DNA of 8,997 bases. It comes from Octopus sinensis. Taxonomy: Eukaryota. Positions within the stretch are counted from its first letter, which is position 1. Each line of letters opens with the position of its first letter. The notes below the pieces were generated by a model. It did no database searches. It had not been told where the DNA came from and saw only the letters and a list, made by a program, of their open reading frames with translations. The position numbers and the translations under genes were made by a program. The DNA is taken from the NCBI RefSeq assembly GCF_006345805.1, contig NW_021828124.1, positions 1-8,997 on the forward strand, written 5' to 3'. This document shows, in pieces, positions 1 to 8,890 of the stretch.

Positions 1-97
1 ATCTAATATCGCGTAATGATGTCTTAAATATTGCTCGCGAATATCGCGTAGTTATGTCTGTAATACTGGTCGTGAATATCGAGTAGTTATGTTTGTA

Positions 98-316
98 ACA
101 GTGCTTTCAAATTTTGGCACAAGGTCAGAAATTTTGGAGTTGTAGGTAAGTCGATTACATCGACCCCAGTACGCAACTGGTATTCATTTTACCGACCTTG
201 AAAGGATGAAAGGCAAAGTCAACTTCGGTGGAATTTGAACTCGGAACGCAAAGACAGGCAAAATATCGCAAAGCATTTTGCCCGGAGCGCTAACGATTCT
301 ACCAGCTTGCTGCCTT
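98..316 (-). mobile_element. tRNA-derived SINE, type A (central domain resembles Nin/Deu-type SINE domains)
   Basis: Minus strand: A-box-like TGGTAGAATCGT (304-293), B box GTTCAAATTCC (240-230), central GCCTTTCATCCTTTCAAGGTCGGTAAAATGAATACCAG. Homologous to 6810-7047 and 6661-6781. 12-bp TSD GTTATGT(T/C)TGTA at 86-97 and 317-328. The domain name is from recall only. Confidence 0.85.
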
Positions 317-343
317 GTTATGTCTGTAGTATTAGTCGTGAAT

Positions 344-737
344 CGTGGAGGCGCAATGGCCCAGTGGTTAGGGCAGCGGACTCGCGGTCGTAGGATCGCG
401 GTTTCGATTCCCAGACCGGGCGTTGTGAGTGTTTATTGAGCGAAAACACCTAAAAGCTCCATGAGGCTCCGGCAGGGGATGGTGGTGATCCCTGCTGTAC
501 TCTTTCACCACAACTTTCTCTCACTCTTACTTCCTGTTTCTGTTGTACCTGTATTTCAAGAGGCCGGCCTTGTCACTCTCTGTGTCATGCTGAATATCCC
601 CGAGAACTACGTTAAGGGTACATGTGTCTGTGGAGTGCTCAGCCACTTACACGTTAATTTCACGAGCAGGCTGTTCCGTTGATTCGGATCAACCGGAACC
701 CTCGTCGTCGTAACCGACGGAGTGCTTCCATCCATCC
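344..737 (+). mobile_element. tRNA-derived SINE, type B (possibly tRNA-Arg-related, octopus OR-like), apparently full length
   Basis: A box TGGCCCAGTGG (357-367), B-box-like GGTTTCGATTCCC (400-412), short (CCAT)n tail, perfect 13-bp TSD ATTAGTCGTGAAT at 331-343 and 738-750. Confidence 0.88.
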
Positions 738-799
738 ATTAGTCGTGAATATCGTGTAGTTATGCCTGTAAGATACATTCTGAATATCATAGAAATACC

Positions 800-1075
800 C
801 GCCACCCCCATTATGACCGACACCCCATTATCACAACCACCGTCACAATGCCACCACCATCGTCACAACCACCGACACAGCCTCTATCACCGGTGTTATC
901 ATCACCATCACCCCACCAACAAACACTACGACTACCACCACTACGACGATCGCCACTGCTGCCACCGCCATCCTAAGCAATTCTATAACCCCACCACCAC
1001 CACCACCATCACCACCAGTATTACTATTACCCTGACCGCTGCCGCCGCCACCACTAACAGCAACAACAACAACAA
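800..1075. repeat. Degenerate trinucleotide low-complexity tract, (ACC/CAC/CAT)n ending in (AAC)n
   Basis: Direct reading; it produces the His/Thr-rich and Val/Gly-rich pseudo-ORFs on both strands. Confidence 0.9.
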
Positions 1076-1154
1076 GAGCAATTTCATGGAGAGTCAACAC
1101 ATCTTAATAGAATGATGGTGACAGACAATGATTAAAGCCGCGATTCTGTCATAA

Positions 1155-1400
1155 ACATACACACACATACTCGTGTGCATACATACGCACACGTACGTAT
1201 ATATATAATATATGTATATATATAATATATATATATATATATTTGTGTGTGTGTGGGTGGTGTTGTGGTGGTGTGTATATATACATATGATATATATATG
1301 TGTCATATATATATATATATATATATATATACTATATATATATAAACACACACGCATATATACATATCTACATATACCTATCTAGCTATTAATATATGTA
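1155..1400. repeat. Compound (CA)/(TA)/(TG) microsatellite
   Basis: Direct reading. Confidence 0.9.
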
Positions 1401-1518
1401 TGTGGGAGCGCGGCGCGTGTGTAAGTATAGGCTCGAGTATATGAGTGTATGTGGGTATAGTATGTCTGCTGTCTCAGTGTGTATACATGCGTTTACTTCT
1501 ATAAGACCATTCTTCCTT

Positions 1519-1617
1519 ATACATACATCATACATACATACATACATACATACATACATACATACATACATACATACATACATACATACATACATACATA
1601 CATACATACATACATAC
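1519..1617. repeat. (TACA)n tetranucleotide microsatellite
   Basis: Near-perfect CATA run from about 1529 to 1616. Confidence 0.97.
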
Positions 1618-1789
1618 CTCTCATTGATGGTTTGATGGCCTTTTCAGTTTGTCGTGTGACAGAATCTCATATACATGCAGACCACGCACATACATATACA
1701 CATACATCGATCTATTACATGTATTCACTCATACCAACATATACACGCGCATACATAGTAGTAAAACATGAATATAACATTATAATGTA

Positions 1790-2186
1790 CTAGCAGTTGT
1801 CGCCCGGCGTTGCTCGGGTTTGTAAGGGAAATAACTATAAAGCATTTTTAGAAAGTTATAGCCAAAAAATAGCAAAAAAATGCATTAAAAATGGAAAAAA
1901 TATGATGGTAACTTTTTTTTAAATCGTTGACTCATCGTAGACATTTTTAGAGAGTTACTTCCCTTATATTAAAAAAAATATGCATTAAAATGGAAAAAAA
2001 ATGATGGTAAATTATTTATTAAAATCGTAGACTCATCGTAGACGCGCGCTAATACCCAGAAGGGCTCGATATGAATCACGACTATAAGATACCCGGTTTT
2101 GGTTAGACTGCACCGCAAAATGTGGGAGTAGTTAGGAATCTAAATCGGAGTAGACAGACATACAACCTTACTTTTATATATAAAGA
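1790..2186 (-). mobile_element. Non-autonomous Helitron-like element 1 (397 bp)
   Basis: Minus strand starts TC (2186-2185; TCTTTATATATAAAAG...) and ends CTAG (1793-1790). GC-rich hairpin CCCGGCGTTGCTCGGG (1803-1818) lies 9 nt from the CTAG. Inserted between A (2187) and T (1789) on the minus strand, with no TSD. All match canonical Helitron termini. Confidence 0.8.
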
Positions 2187-3505
2187 TATTCTTGTGTTTT
2201 TGTTCCCTCGGAGTTCGTTGTGCTTTGTTATGGTGAGGTTACGACACGAGGCAGACCAGCTTATAATCTATGACAAATCTGATATATTGTCTACACACTA
2301 CCATTATTGTCTCTGTTCGCCCATTCTGGTACTCGTGGTTGCTCGAACCATGTTGCTTCTCTGTCTTCCTTCCTTGACTTTTTACTCTGTGGGTTGTGAA
2401 TCTTGTGGATGTCCCGTATTAACTCCAACTATTTTCGTGTAGTGTTTAAATTCTTCATTGGTATCTGGCTGCATTTAAATACTTTTGGTATTGCTGATAA
2501 GAAGAAAGACCATGGACATATAGTAAGTGCTACTTTAAACGTGGAACCAGTATAGTGATGCGTGTCGGCTTGTGTTGTTGTTTGTAGCAAACTAACCGTA
2601 ACCGATCTGTATTCTACTATTTAGGTATTATAAATGTCATCACATAGACTATTGTCTACAGCAGAAGACAATTGCCAGTCTACAGAAGAACATTATTAAT
2701 TTGTTCTAAATATATATATAGACAACGGGTTGGTCGGTGTAATATTTCGTTTAACCTGGTGATATTGATGTTCGTATCAGTTTTCATTAAATGGCAAAGT
2801 TTATGTAAATGAATTTATAAAAGTTTACCCCTATAAGTTAATTAATTCATTTGTATTTTAAAAATTTGTTGCGGGAAAGTATACGTAAATATATTGTGTA
2901 GCGATGAAGATGAGTTGGAGACCCGAGAACAATGGAACTCAGTAGCAAGAGAAAAAGTGGTTAAGAGTGCGTCCAAACCTAAGATAGACAAGAAACTGGA
3001 AGATGCCCACCCCCACAGGCTGCCCGAACTTTATCTACTCCGAAATAACAACCTTAGCATCACTCTGTTAATATTGATTCTAACATAGAGTGATTTAATT
3101 TTAAACTGTGCTGATTGAGGAAAAGTTGGGTGTCGAGTAACACGGGTACCTAAATGACAAATGATTGATAAAGACTTCATCAACTGCACGTCAACAAGTG
3201 ATGGTTATACCCCAGTCTGGTTGGGGTCATTCATTCCTCTAGTCAGGCAGAAATTGCTCAGAATCAAATTTGGAGAAGGAAGTTCGTATCTAATCATGTC
3301 CAGATGGCCGCTTCCACCATTTCTGGGGCTCATCTTCCTTCTCCTTTTGTATTCATTTAAAAAAAAGTACGGCGATGGTAATGACGTGGACCCCAGCTTC
3401 TGATGAAGCGATACAAAGAAATCAAGGACGAGTCATTCGGAGTTTTCTTTCTTCAGTCGAGTTCCAGATTATCTTTGCCATTTCGGCTGTTATACTCGAG
3501 ATTGC

Positions 3506-3509
<4 letters not shown>

Positions 3510-3580
<71 letters not shown>

Positions 3581-3601
3581 ATATATATATATATATATAT
3601 A
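3510..3601. repeat. (TA)n microsatellite
   Basis: About 90 bp of alternating TA with a single G interruption near 3578. Confidence 0.97.
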
Positions 3602-3731
3602 TTAGAAGGTTTGGAGATGATGTACAGGTATTTTATATTAGATATTATATATATATACTGTAGATATATGTAGATGTATAAATGCGTGTGTGTGTGTGTG
3701 CACACGCACATATACATTTTAAAACCTTACA

Positions 3732-3900
3732 GCTCATTTGACTGCAGCCATGCTTGGGCACCGCCTTGAAGAATCTTTTTAAAGCCTACCACTTATTATG
3801 TCGGCTTGATTTGCCGAATCGCTAAGCTATGGGGACGTGAACATACCTACACCGGTAGTCAAGCGGTGGTGGTGGACAAACATACACACACGCACGCACA
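3732..3900 (-). mobile_element. 3' half of a type C SINE (same type as 8105-8355), broken at a (GT)n tract
   Basis: Reverse complement of 3735-3767 (AAGGCGGTGCCCAAGCATGGCTGCAGTCAAATG) matches 8296-8328 at 25/33. No tRNA head is visible beyond the microsatellite. Confidence 0.65.
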
Positions 3901-4529
3901 CATATAGACATACAAGCACACATACATACATATGTGTTGTATGTGAATGTACGCGCACCTGAGTATGTATACGATCTTTAATACAATGCTGAAAAAATTT
4001 AGTGTATTTAGACCAATTAAAAGACCATTTAATGAATTTCCTGCAAATGTAGTCTGTAAGTGGAATAGTGAAAATATGCGAGACTTTCACAAAATTTACC
4101 GTTTGCCGTCTTTACTGCTGTAGTTGTTTATATTTCATTAATACTTCCAATACATTCTTTCTGCGAATGAATCCAAAGAATTATATACACATGCATACCT
4201 CCACTCTGACATAGAGATATAAAGACAGACATACAGACAGACTGACAAACAGACAAAACTGCCTGACATCCGAAATGAGGGCGTAGGGTGCATTCATGAA
4301 AACTATCCCTGTCCATTTGCCTGAATATAATACGTACAATGAAGTATGTATTCCATATAGAATTGGTCCTAAACGATATTCGTGCGAATAAACAAACACG
4401 TATACAGCCTTGTGTCATAAAACTCAACACACGTTGTAATTTATGCTATGCACACGGTGTTTATATTATTATCAGGTCTCATAGCACACGCACTCAATAC
4501 AGATGTCAGTTGAACATGTAACATGTAAC

Positions 4530-4768
4530 GCATACTTATACACACACACACACGCACACACGCACAGGCACACACGCATGCATGCACACACACGCACCCA
4601 CACACACGCACACGCACGCACACATGTACATAATACGCATACATATATACATATATGTGTGTGAGTGTGAATATTTGCATATATGTATATGTGTGTGTAT
4701 ATAAATCAATGAACATATATATATAAAATATATATATATATGCGAACACCTAGATACATACATATATG

Positions 4769-4805
<37 letters not shown>

Positions 4806-4830
4806 TATTCATTGATTTATATACACACAC

Positions 4831-4871
<41 letters not shown>

Positions 4872-4887
4872 AACACTAGATACATAC

Positions 4888-4921
<34 letters not shown>

Positions 4922-5200
4922 ACGATGATGATGATGATATATATATATATATGTATGTATGTAACTATATGTATATACATACATGCATAAATACATACGT
5001 ATATAGATATGTATGTATGTAATTATATGTATATACATACGTGTATAAATACATACGTATATAGATATGTATGTATGTATGTACATGTCTCGTACATAAG
5101 CACATAAACGCATGCAAACATACATGACCTGAGTGTGTGAGTACGTGAGTACTCATAACTCGTATATATATATATATATATACACACTCATTCATAATTA
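4530..5200. repeat. Large compound (CA)/(TA)/(TATG)/(GAT) microsatellite field with internal duplications and an inversion
   Basis: Direct reading; see findings for 4679-4893 and 4951-5078. Confidence 0.9.
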
Positions 5201-5482
5201 TATACGCACTGATAAACAGACGTTCATAGTTTCATCATTCAACAACACGTAGGCCACATGACACCACATACCACACACACACACACACACACAGACATAC
5301 ACACTCATACGCTTGTGTGTGTATGGAACGGGGTACATGTGTAACATATTCCGATGCAAAAGCGACGGTAGATGAACTGATATCAACTGAGAATTGAACT
5401 CGTGTCCTGGTTCCAACGCTGCACGAACACATCTTCTTGCTTATTTTGTATTGCGACATCCGAATATATTTTATATCTTAGA

Positions 5483-5870
5483 CTAGCAGTATCGCCCGGC
5501 GTTGCTCGGGTTTGTTTCGACCCGCTGGAATTGGAATTTTTGAAAAGTAAAAATTTTGCATTATGTAGCTTGTTATTCTCTTCAAGTGAACATTTTTCTG
5601 GTTGAAATACACCGAAAAGTGGCGACACAGCAGTGAAAAAAAGGTAAAAAATAGGGATTTTCATAGAAAAAAGCACCTTTTTTATGTAAATAATTTTTGG
5701 TGTTAGCATGGTCCGATTTTAATTTTATCTTCTACGGAAGGAAAAGCAACCCTTCTATCGTACTCTCAATTTTGGTCAACTTGTACCGCAGGGTCTCGGA
5801 GGAGATAGTGTTAGTTGAAGGCTACCAAACCTGCCATACACAGACAACTTCAGCTATATATAGAGAGAGA
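5483..5870 (-). mobile_element. Non-autonomous Helitron-like element 2 (388 bp)
   Basis: Minus strand starts TC (5870-5869; TCTCTCTCTATATATAGCTGAAGTTGTCTG...) and ends CTAG (5486-5483). It has the same hairpin as element 1, CCCGGCGTTGCTCGGG (5495-5510), an A|T target (5871/5482) and no TSD. Confidence 0.8.
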
Positions 5871-5871
5871 T

Positions 5872-6000
5872 AACACACACGCCTTAATACACATACATAC
5901 ACACACACACACACACATACACACATCTATGTATGTATGGATGTATGTATGTATATATGTACATCTATCCACTTCTTGCCATATTTTTATCCTTCACTTC

Positions 6001-6040
<40 letters not shown>

Positions 6041-6105
6041 ACACAGACACACACACTCACACACACACACACGCACGCACACACACCACACACACACACA
6101 CACCT
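5872..6105. repeat. Compound (CA)n/(TATG)n microsatellite
   Basis: Direct reading. Confidence 0.92.
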
Positions 6106-6475
6106 TCTTAGCTTACAATTTTCTTTCAACAATTGATACTGTCGTATATGTATATGTTTGCGTGTCTATGTGTGTAAAGAGAAAGTGTACTAATAGGCGG
6201 AGTAAAGCCTTTGAAGTGAGAGAGGCAAATCGTAAAATATTGAGTTTTTTCAAATTTTTGCTTAATTGGGGGTCAAATTGAAAGAAATTTATATGCCATG
6301 ACCGAATCGAACCTACTTCGAAAAATCATAGATAAATTCTAATTGAAGAAATTCTATATTGTAGAATTGTATTTAAGAAGGAACATGGGAACAGGCAGAG
6401 AAAATCTGCCTTTTATCATAAGAGATATTTCTTTGCCAATAAAAGACCGTGTCCTAACTAACCTAACAACATCTG

Positions 6476-6478
<3 letters not shown>

Positions 6479-6532
<54 letters not shown>
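6479..6532. repeat. (TC)n microsatellite
   Basis: Perfect TC run. Confidence 0.97.
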
Positions 6533-6535
<3 letters not shown>

Positions 6536-6660
6536 GATCCGCTCGAGAGCGCTCATGCGTGTGTGTGTTTCTTCACAACCCATATCCAACCAAAACTCGC
6601 AATTCCACGTTCTCATTTGAGATTCCTGTTAGTCAAAGTTTTTTTTTTATTATTCTAATA

Positions 6661-6781
6661 GCCGAGGTCAACTTAGCGTTTCATCCTTCTGGGGTCGATA
6701 AATTAAATACCAGTCAAACACTGGGGTCCCTCCCTCCCTCCTCGCCCAAATTTGAGGCCTTGTACCTATAACATAAAGGAC
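6661..6781 (+). mobile_element. 5'-truncated, internally deleted type A SINE
   Basis: 6661-6728 matches the reverse complement of 6892-6960 at about 57/69. The tRNA head is absent. Probable 10-bp TSD TATTCTA(A/G)TA at 6651-6660 and 6782-6791. Confidence 0.75.
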
Positions 6782-6809
6782 TATTCTAGTAGCTTCTTTC
6801 CTTGAACTG

Positions 6810-7047
6810 TTCTTATTTCTTTATTGCCCACAGGGGGCTAAACACAGAGGGGACAAACAAGGACAGACAAACGGATTAAGTCAATTATATCGACCCCAGT
6901 GCGTAACTGGTCTTTATTTAATCGACCCCCGAAAGGATGAAAGGCAAAGTCGACCTCGGCGGAATTTGAACTCAGAACGTAACGGCAGACGAAATACGGC
7001 TACGCATTTCGCCCGGCGTGCTAACGTTTCTGCCAGCTCGCCGCCTT
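6810..7047 (-). mobile_element. Full-length type A tRNA-derived SINE
   Basis: Minus strand: GGCGGCGAGC head, A-box-like TGGCAGAAACGT (7035-7024), B box GTTCAAATTCC (6971-6961), central GCCTTTCATCCTTTCGGGGGTCGAT, A-rich tail AATAAAGAAATAAGAA. No convincing TSD found. Confidence 0.9.
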
Positions 7048-7603
7048 AATTCCGTTCTCTAGAACTCCCTATCAGTGTCTTGTCTTTTTTTTCTAGTCTA
7101 TGAGTTGTCCTTCAAATTCTCTTTCAATCGATATTTAGGAATCTTTTAACCCTTCTTTTTCTGCTTCGTGGTCCCTTACTCTAAAATGGTCCCAAGCCTT
7201 GTTTGGAACAGAATCGTTAAAAAATGCCTCCTAACCAACAACGCTTACAGAAAATCTTTCACCGTCATTAAAACAAAGGAAAAATCACACAATAGAAGCT
7301 TTTAGAAGAAGAAGACTATTTAAATGTGAGTAGAGGACTTTGAGTTCTAATCTGATCCAATTCTAAAACTCATGAGCCTCTGGGTTATGAAACAGCTCAC
7401 ATAGAACTATGTCCACACACAGAACTCTTATAGGGACTTCCAAAAATCGGTGGAACACCAACCTTTATTTTACAAGAAATCCTTTCCATCTTAATTTTAA
7501 TTAAACATATAAAAAAAAATGATGACTTGTATATTTCATTTTGATATGTTCTGGCAGAACAATATCTTTACTACGAATATATGTTCATAAAATACTCGAT
7601 TCA

Positions 7604-7957
7604 TTAGTACAATGGATTCGGGGGCACCGGTGTCTCGATATAATTGCATCTCATCAGCCAAGAGCAACGAGCCAATTCAAAAATACATAACAACTTATTA
7701 TTTTAAAAATAATAAATATCATTTTTTATAAGATAAATTTATATTAAATTGTATTGAAATACATTTTATCTCGTGGGACCCCAGAATTATTTCTCAGAAC
7801 CTCGCTTTCTTCTGTGTTAACATGGTCCGATTTGAATTTTATCTTCTACGGAAGGAAGAGCAACCCTTCTATCATACTCTCAATTTTGGTCAACTTGTGC
7901 CGCAGGGTCTCAGAGGAGATAGTGTTAGTTGAAGGCAGGAGCGTCATATATATATAT
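7604..7957 (-). mobile_element. Probable third Helitron-like element with different termini; 5' end not found
   Basis: Contains the 122-bp module. On the minus strand a CTAA|T (7607-7604, fits CTRR) lies 13 nt from a GC-rich hairpin GGGGCACCGGTGTCTC (7621-7636). Right side ends in (TA)n as the other two elements do, but no terminal TC is visible. Confidence 0.45.
7815..7936. repeat. Dispersed copy of the internal module of Helitron-like element 2
   Basis: Ungapped match to 5701-5822 at 116/122 (95%), same orientation; both flanks differ. Confidence 0.92.
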
Positions 7958-7971
7958 CGAATTGATCCGTG

Positions 7972-8067
7972 TAATAAGGTTCACGTACATGCAAACCCGA
8001 GTACGTTCTTCAGGCGCCTGAAGAATGCACTTGGGTTTCCATGAACATTAAACTATTAGTAGAATGG
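7972..8067. mobile_element. Fold-back palindrome carrying degenerate hammerhead-like motifs; putative Penelope-like element terminal remnant
   Basis: Spacer-less palindrome 7985-8046 (31-bp arms, 26/31; central 20 bp TTCTTCAGGCGCCTGAAGAA perfect), with weaker similarity out to about 7972/8058. CTGAAGA reads outward from the centre on both strands. Confidence 0.55.
8018..8061 (+). ncRNA. Degenerate minimal type I hammerhead ribozyme-like motif (stem I missing)
   Basis: CTGAAGA (8018-8024), ATGCAC, 12-nt loop, GAACAT, TAAA (canonical GAAA), CTA-T-TAG, TA. The opposite arm has a perfect stem II ACGTAC/GTACGT followed by GAAC. Confidence 0.45.
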
Positions 8068-8104
8068 TTTTTGCCTGTGAGGTGATCGTTATATATATAA
8101 ATAT

Positions 8105-8355
8105 GCGCAGGTATGGCTGTGTATTAAGAAACTTGCTTCCCAACCACATGGTTTCGGGTTCAGTCCCACTGCGTGACACCTTGGGCAAGTGTCTTCTGTT
8201 ATAGCCTCGGGCCAACCAAAACTTTGTGACTGGATTAGGTAGACGGAAACTGAAAGAAGCCCGTCGTATATGTATGTATATGACTAAAACCCTTTAAGGT
8301 GGTGCTGCAGCATAGCCGCAATCAACTGGGTGGAACAAATAAAAGAAGAAAAGAA
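8105..8355 (+). mobile_element. tRNA-derived SINE, type C, with CORE-like motif
   Basis: A-box-like TGGCTGTGTATT (8114-8125), B-box-like GGGTTCAGTCCC (8156-8167), GACACCTTGGGCAAGTG (8175-8191) resembling the CORE-SINE motif, internal (TATG) tract, A-rich tail AATAAAAGAAGAAAAGAA. TSD cannot be resolved in the AT runs. Confidence 0.8.
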
Positions 8356-8373
8356 TATATATATACTTTGTTT

Positions 8374-8708
<335 letters not shown>

Positions 8709-8789
8709 ATATGAGGTTTCACTTTGTTCATTTTATCGCTAGTCCGAGTTACTCATTTCTGTCACGCTCCTCAAGGCGAGCTGAGTAAC

Positions 8790-8890
8790 ATGATATATAT
8801 ATATACATATGTGTGTGTGTGTGGTGTGTGTGCGTGTGTGTGTGTGTGTGTGTGTAGACACAAACACACACACACACACACATATGTATT
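8790..8890. repeat. Compound (TA)/(TG)/(CA) microsatellite
   Basis: Direct reading. Confidence 0.92.

Larger units (their letters stand above)
5..788. repeat. 35-bp minisatellite (~4 units plus a partial), interrupted by two SINE insertions
   Basis: AATATC starts units at 5, 40, 75, 748 and 783. Unit is approximately AATATCGCGTAGTTATGTCTGTAATACTGGTCGTG. Removing both SINEs and one copy of each TSD restores an exact 35-bp third unit. Confidence 0.85.

Noticed and set aside
5-110. CRISPR-like array from the 35-bp periodicity
   Set aside because: Units are contiguous with no unique spacers, there are no cas genes, and the context is eukaryotic.
344-420. Possible tRNA gene
   Set aside because: A and B boxes are present, but I could not form an acceptor stem, there is no oligo-T terminator, and it continues into a SINE body with a tail and TSD.
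461-682. 73-aa ORF
   Set aside because: Lies wholly within the type B SINE bounded by a perfect 13-bp TSD.
762-1115. His/Thr-rich 117-aa ORF and the antisense Val/Gly-rich ORFs
   Set aside because: They are translations of a degenerate trinucleotide tract, open on both strands; the ORF begins inside a minisatellite unit and has no recognisable domain or splice context.
1094-1793. ORFs rich in YI/HT/CV/MYVC repeats (also 3375-3717, 4441-5195, 5815-6281, 8558-8981)
   Set aside because: Microsatellite translations: (TA)n, (CA)n and (TACA)n lack stop codons in several frames.
3390-3470. Complete hammerhead ribozyme around CTGATGA (+) or CTGAAGA (-)
   Set aside because: No pairing stem II, stem III + UH or stem I at the required spacing on either strand; kept only as a weak lead in the findings.
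6530-6600. CpG-rich patch after (TC)n as a promoter
   Set aside because: Only about 30 bp is CpG-rich and there is no downstream gene evidence.
6343-6771. Longest ORF (142 aa)
   Set aside because: Non-ATG start; it runs through a (TC)n tract and a truncated SINE, with no coherent protein signal.
7251-7325. Possible small exon between CTTACAG and GTGAGT
   Set aside because: Weak polypyrimidine tract and an A-rich, unrecognisable peptide (NLSPSLKQRKNHTIEAFRRRRLFK); such signals are expected by chance.
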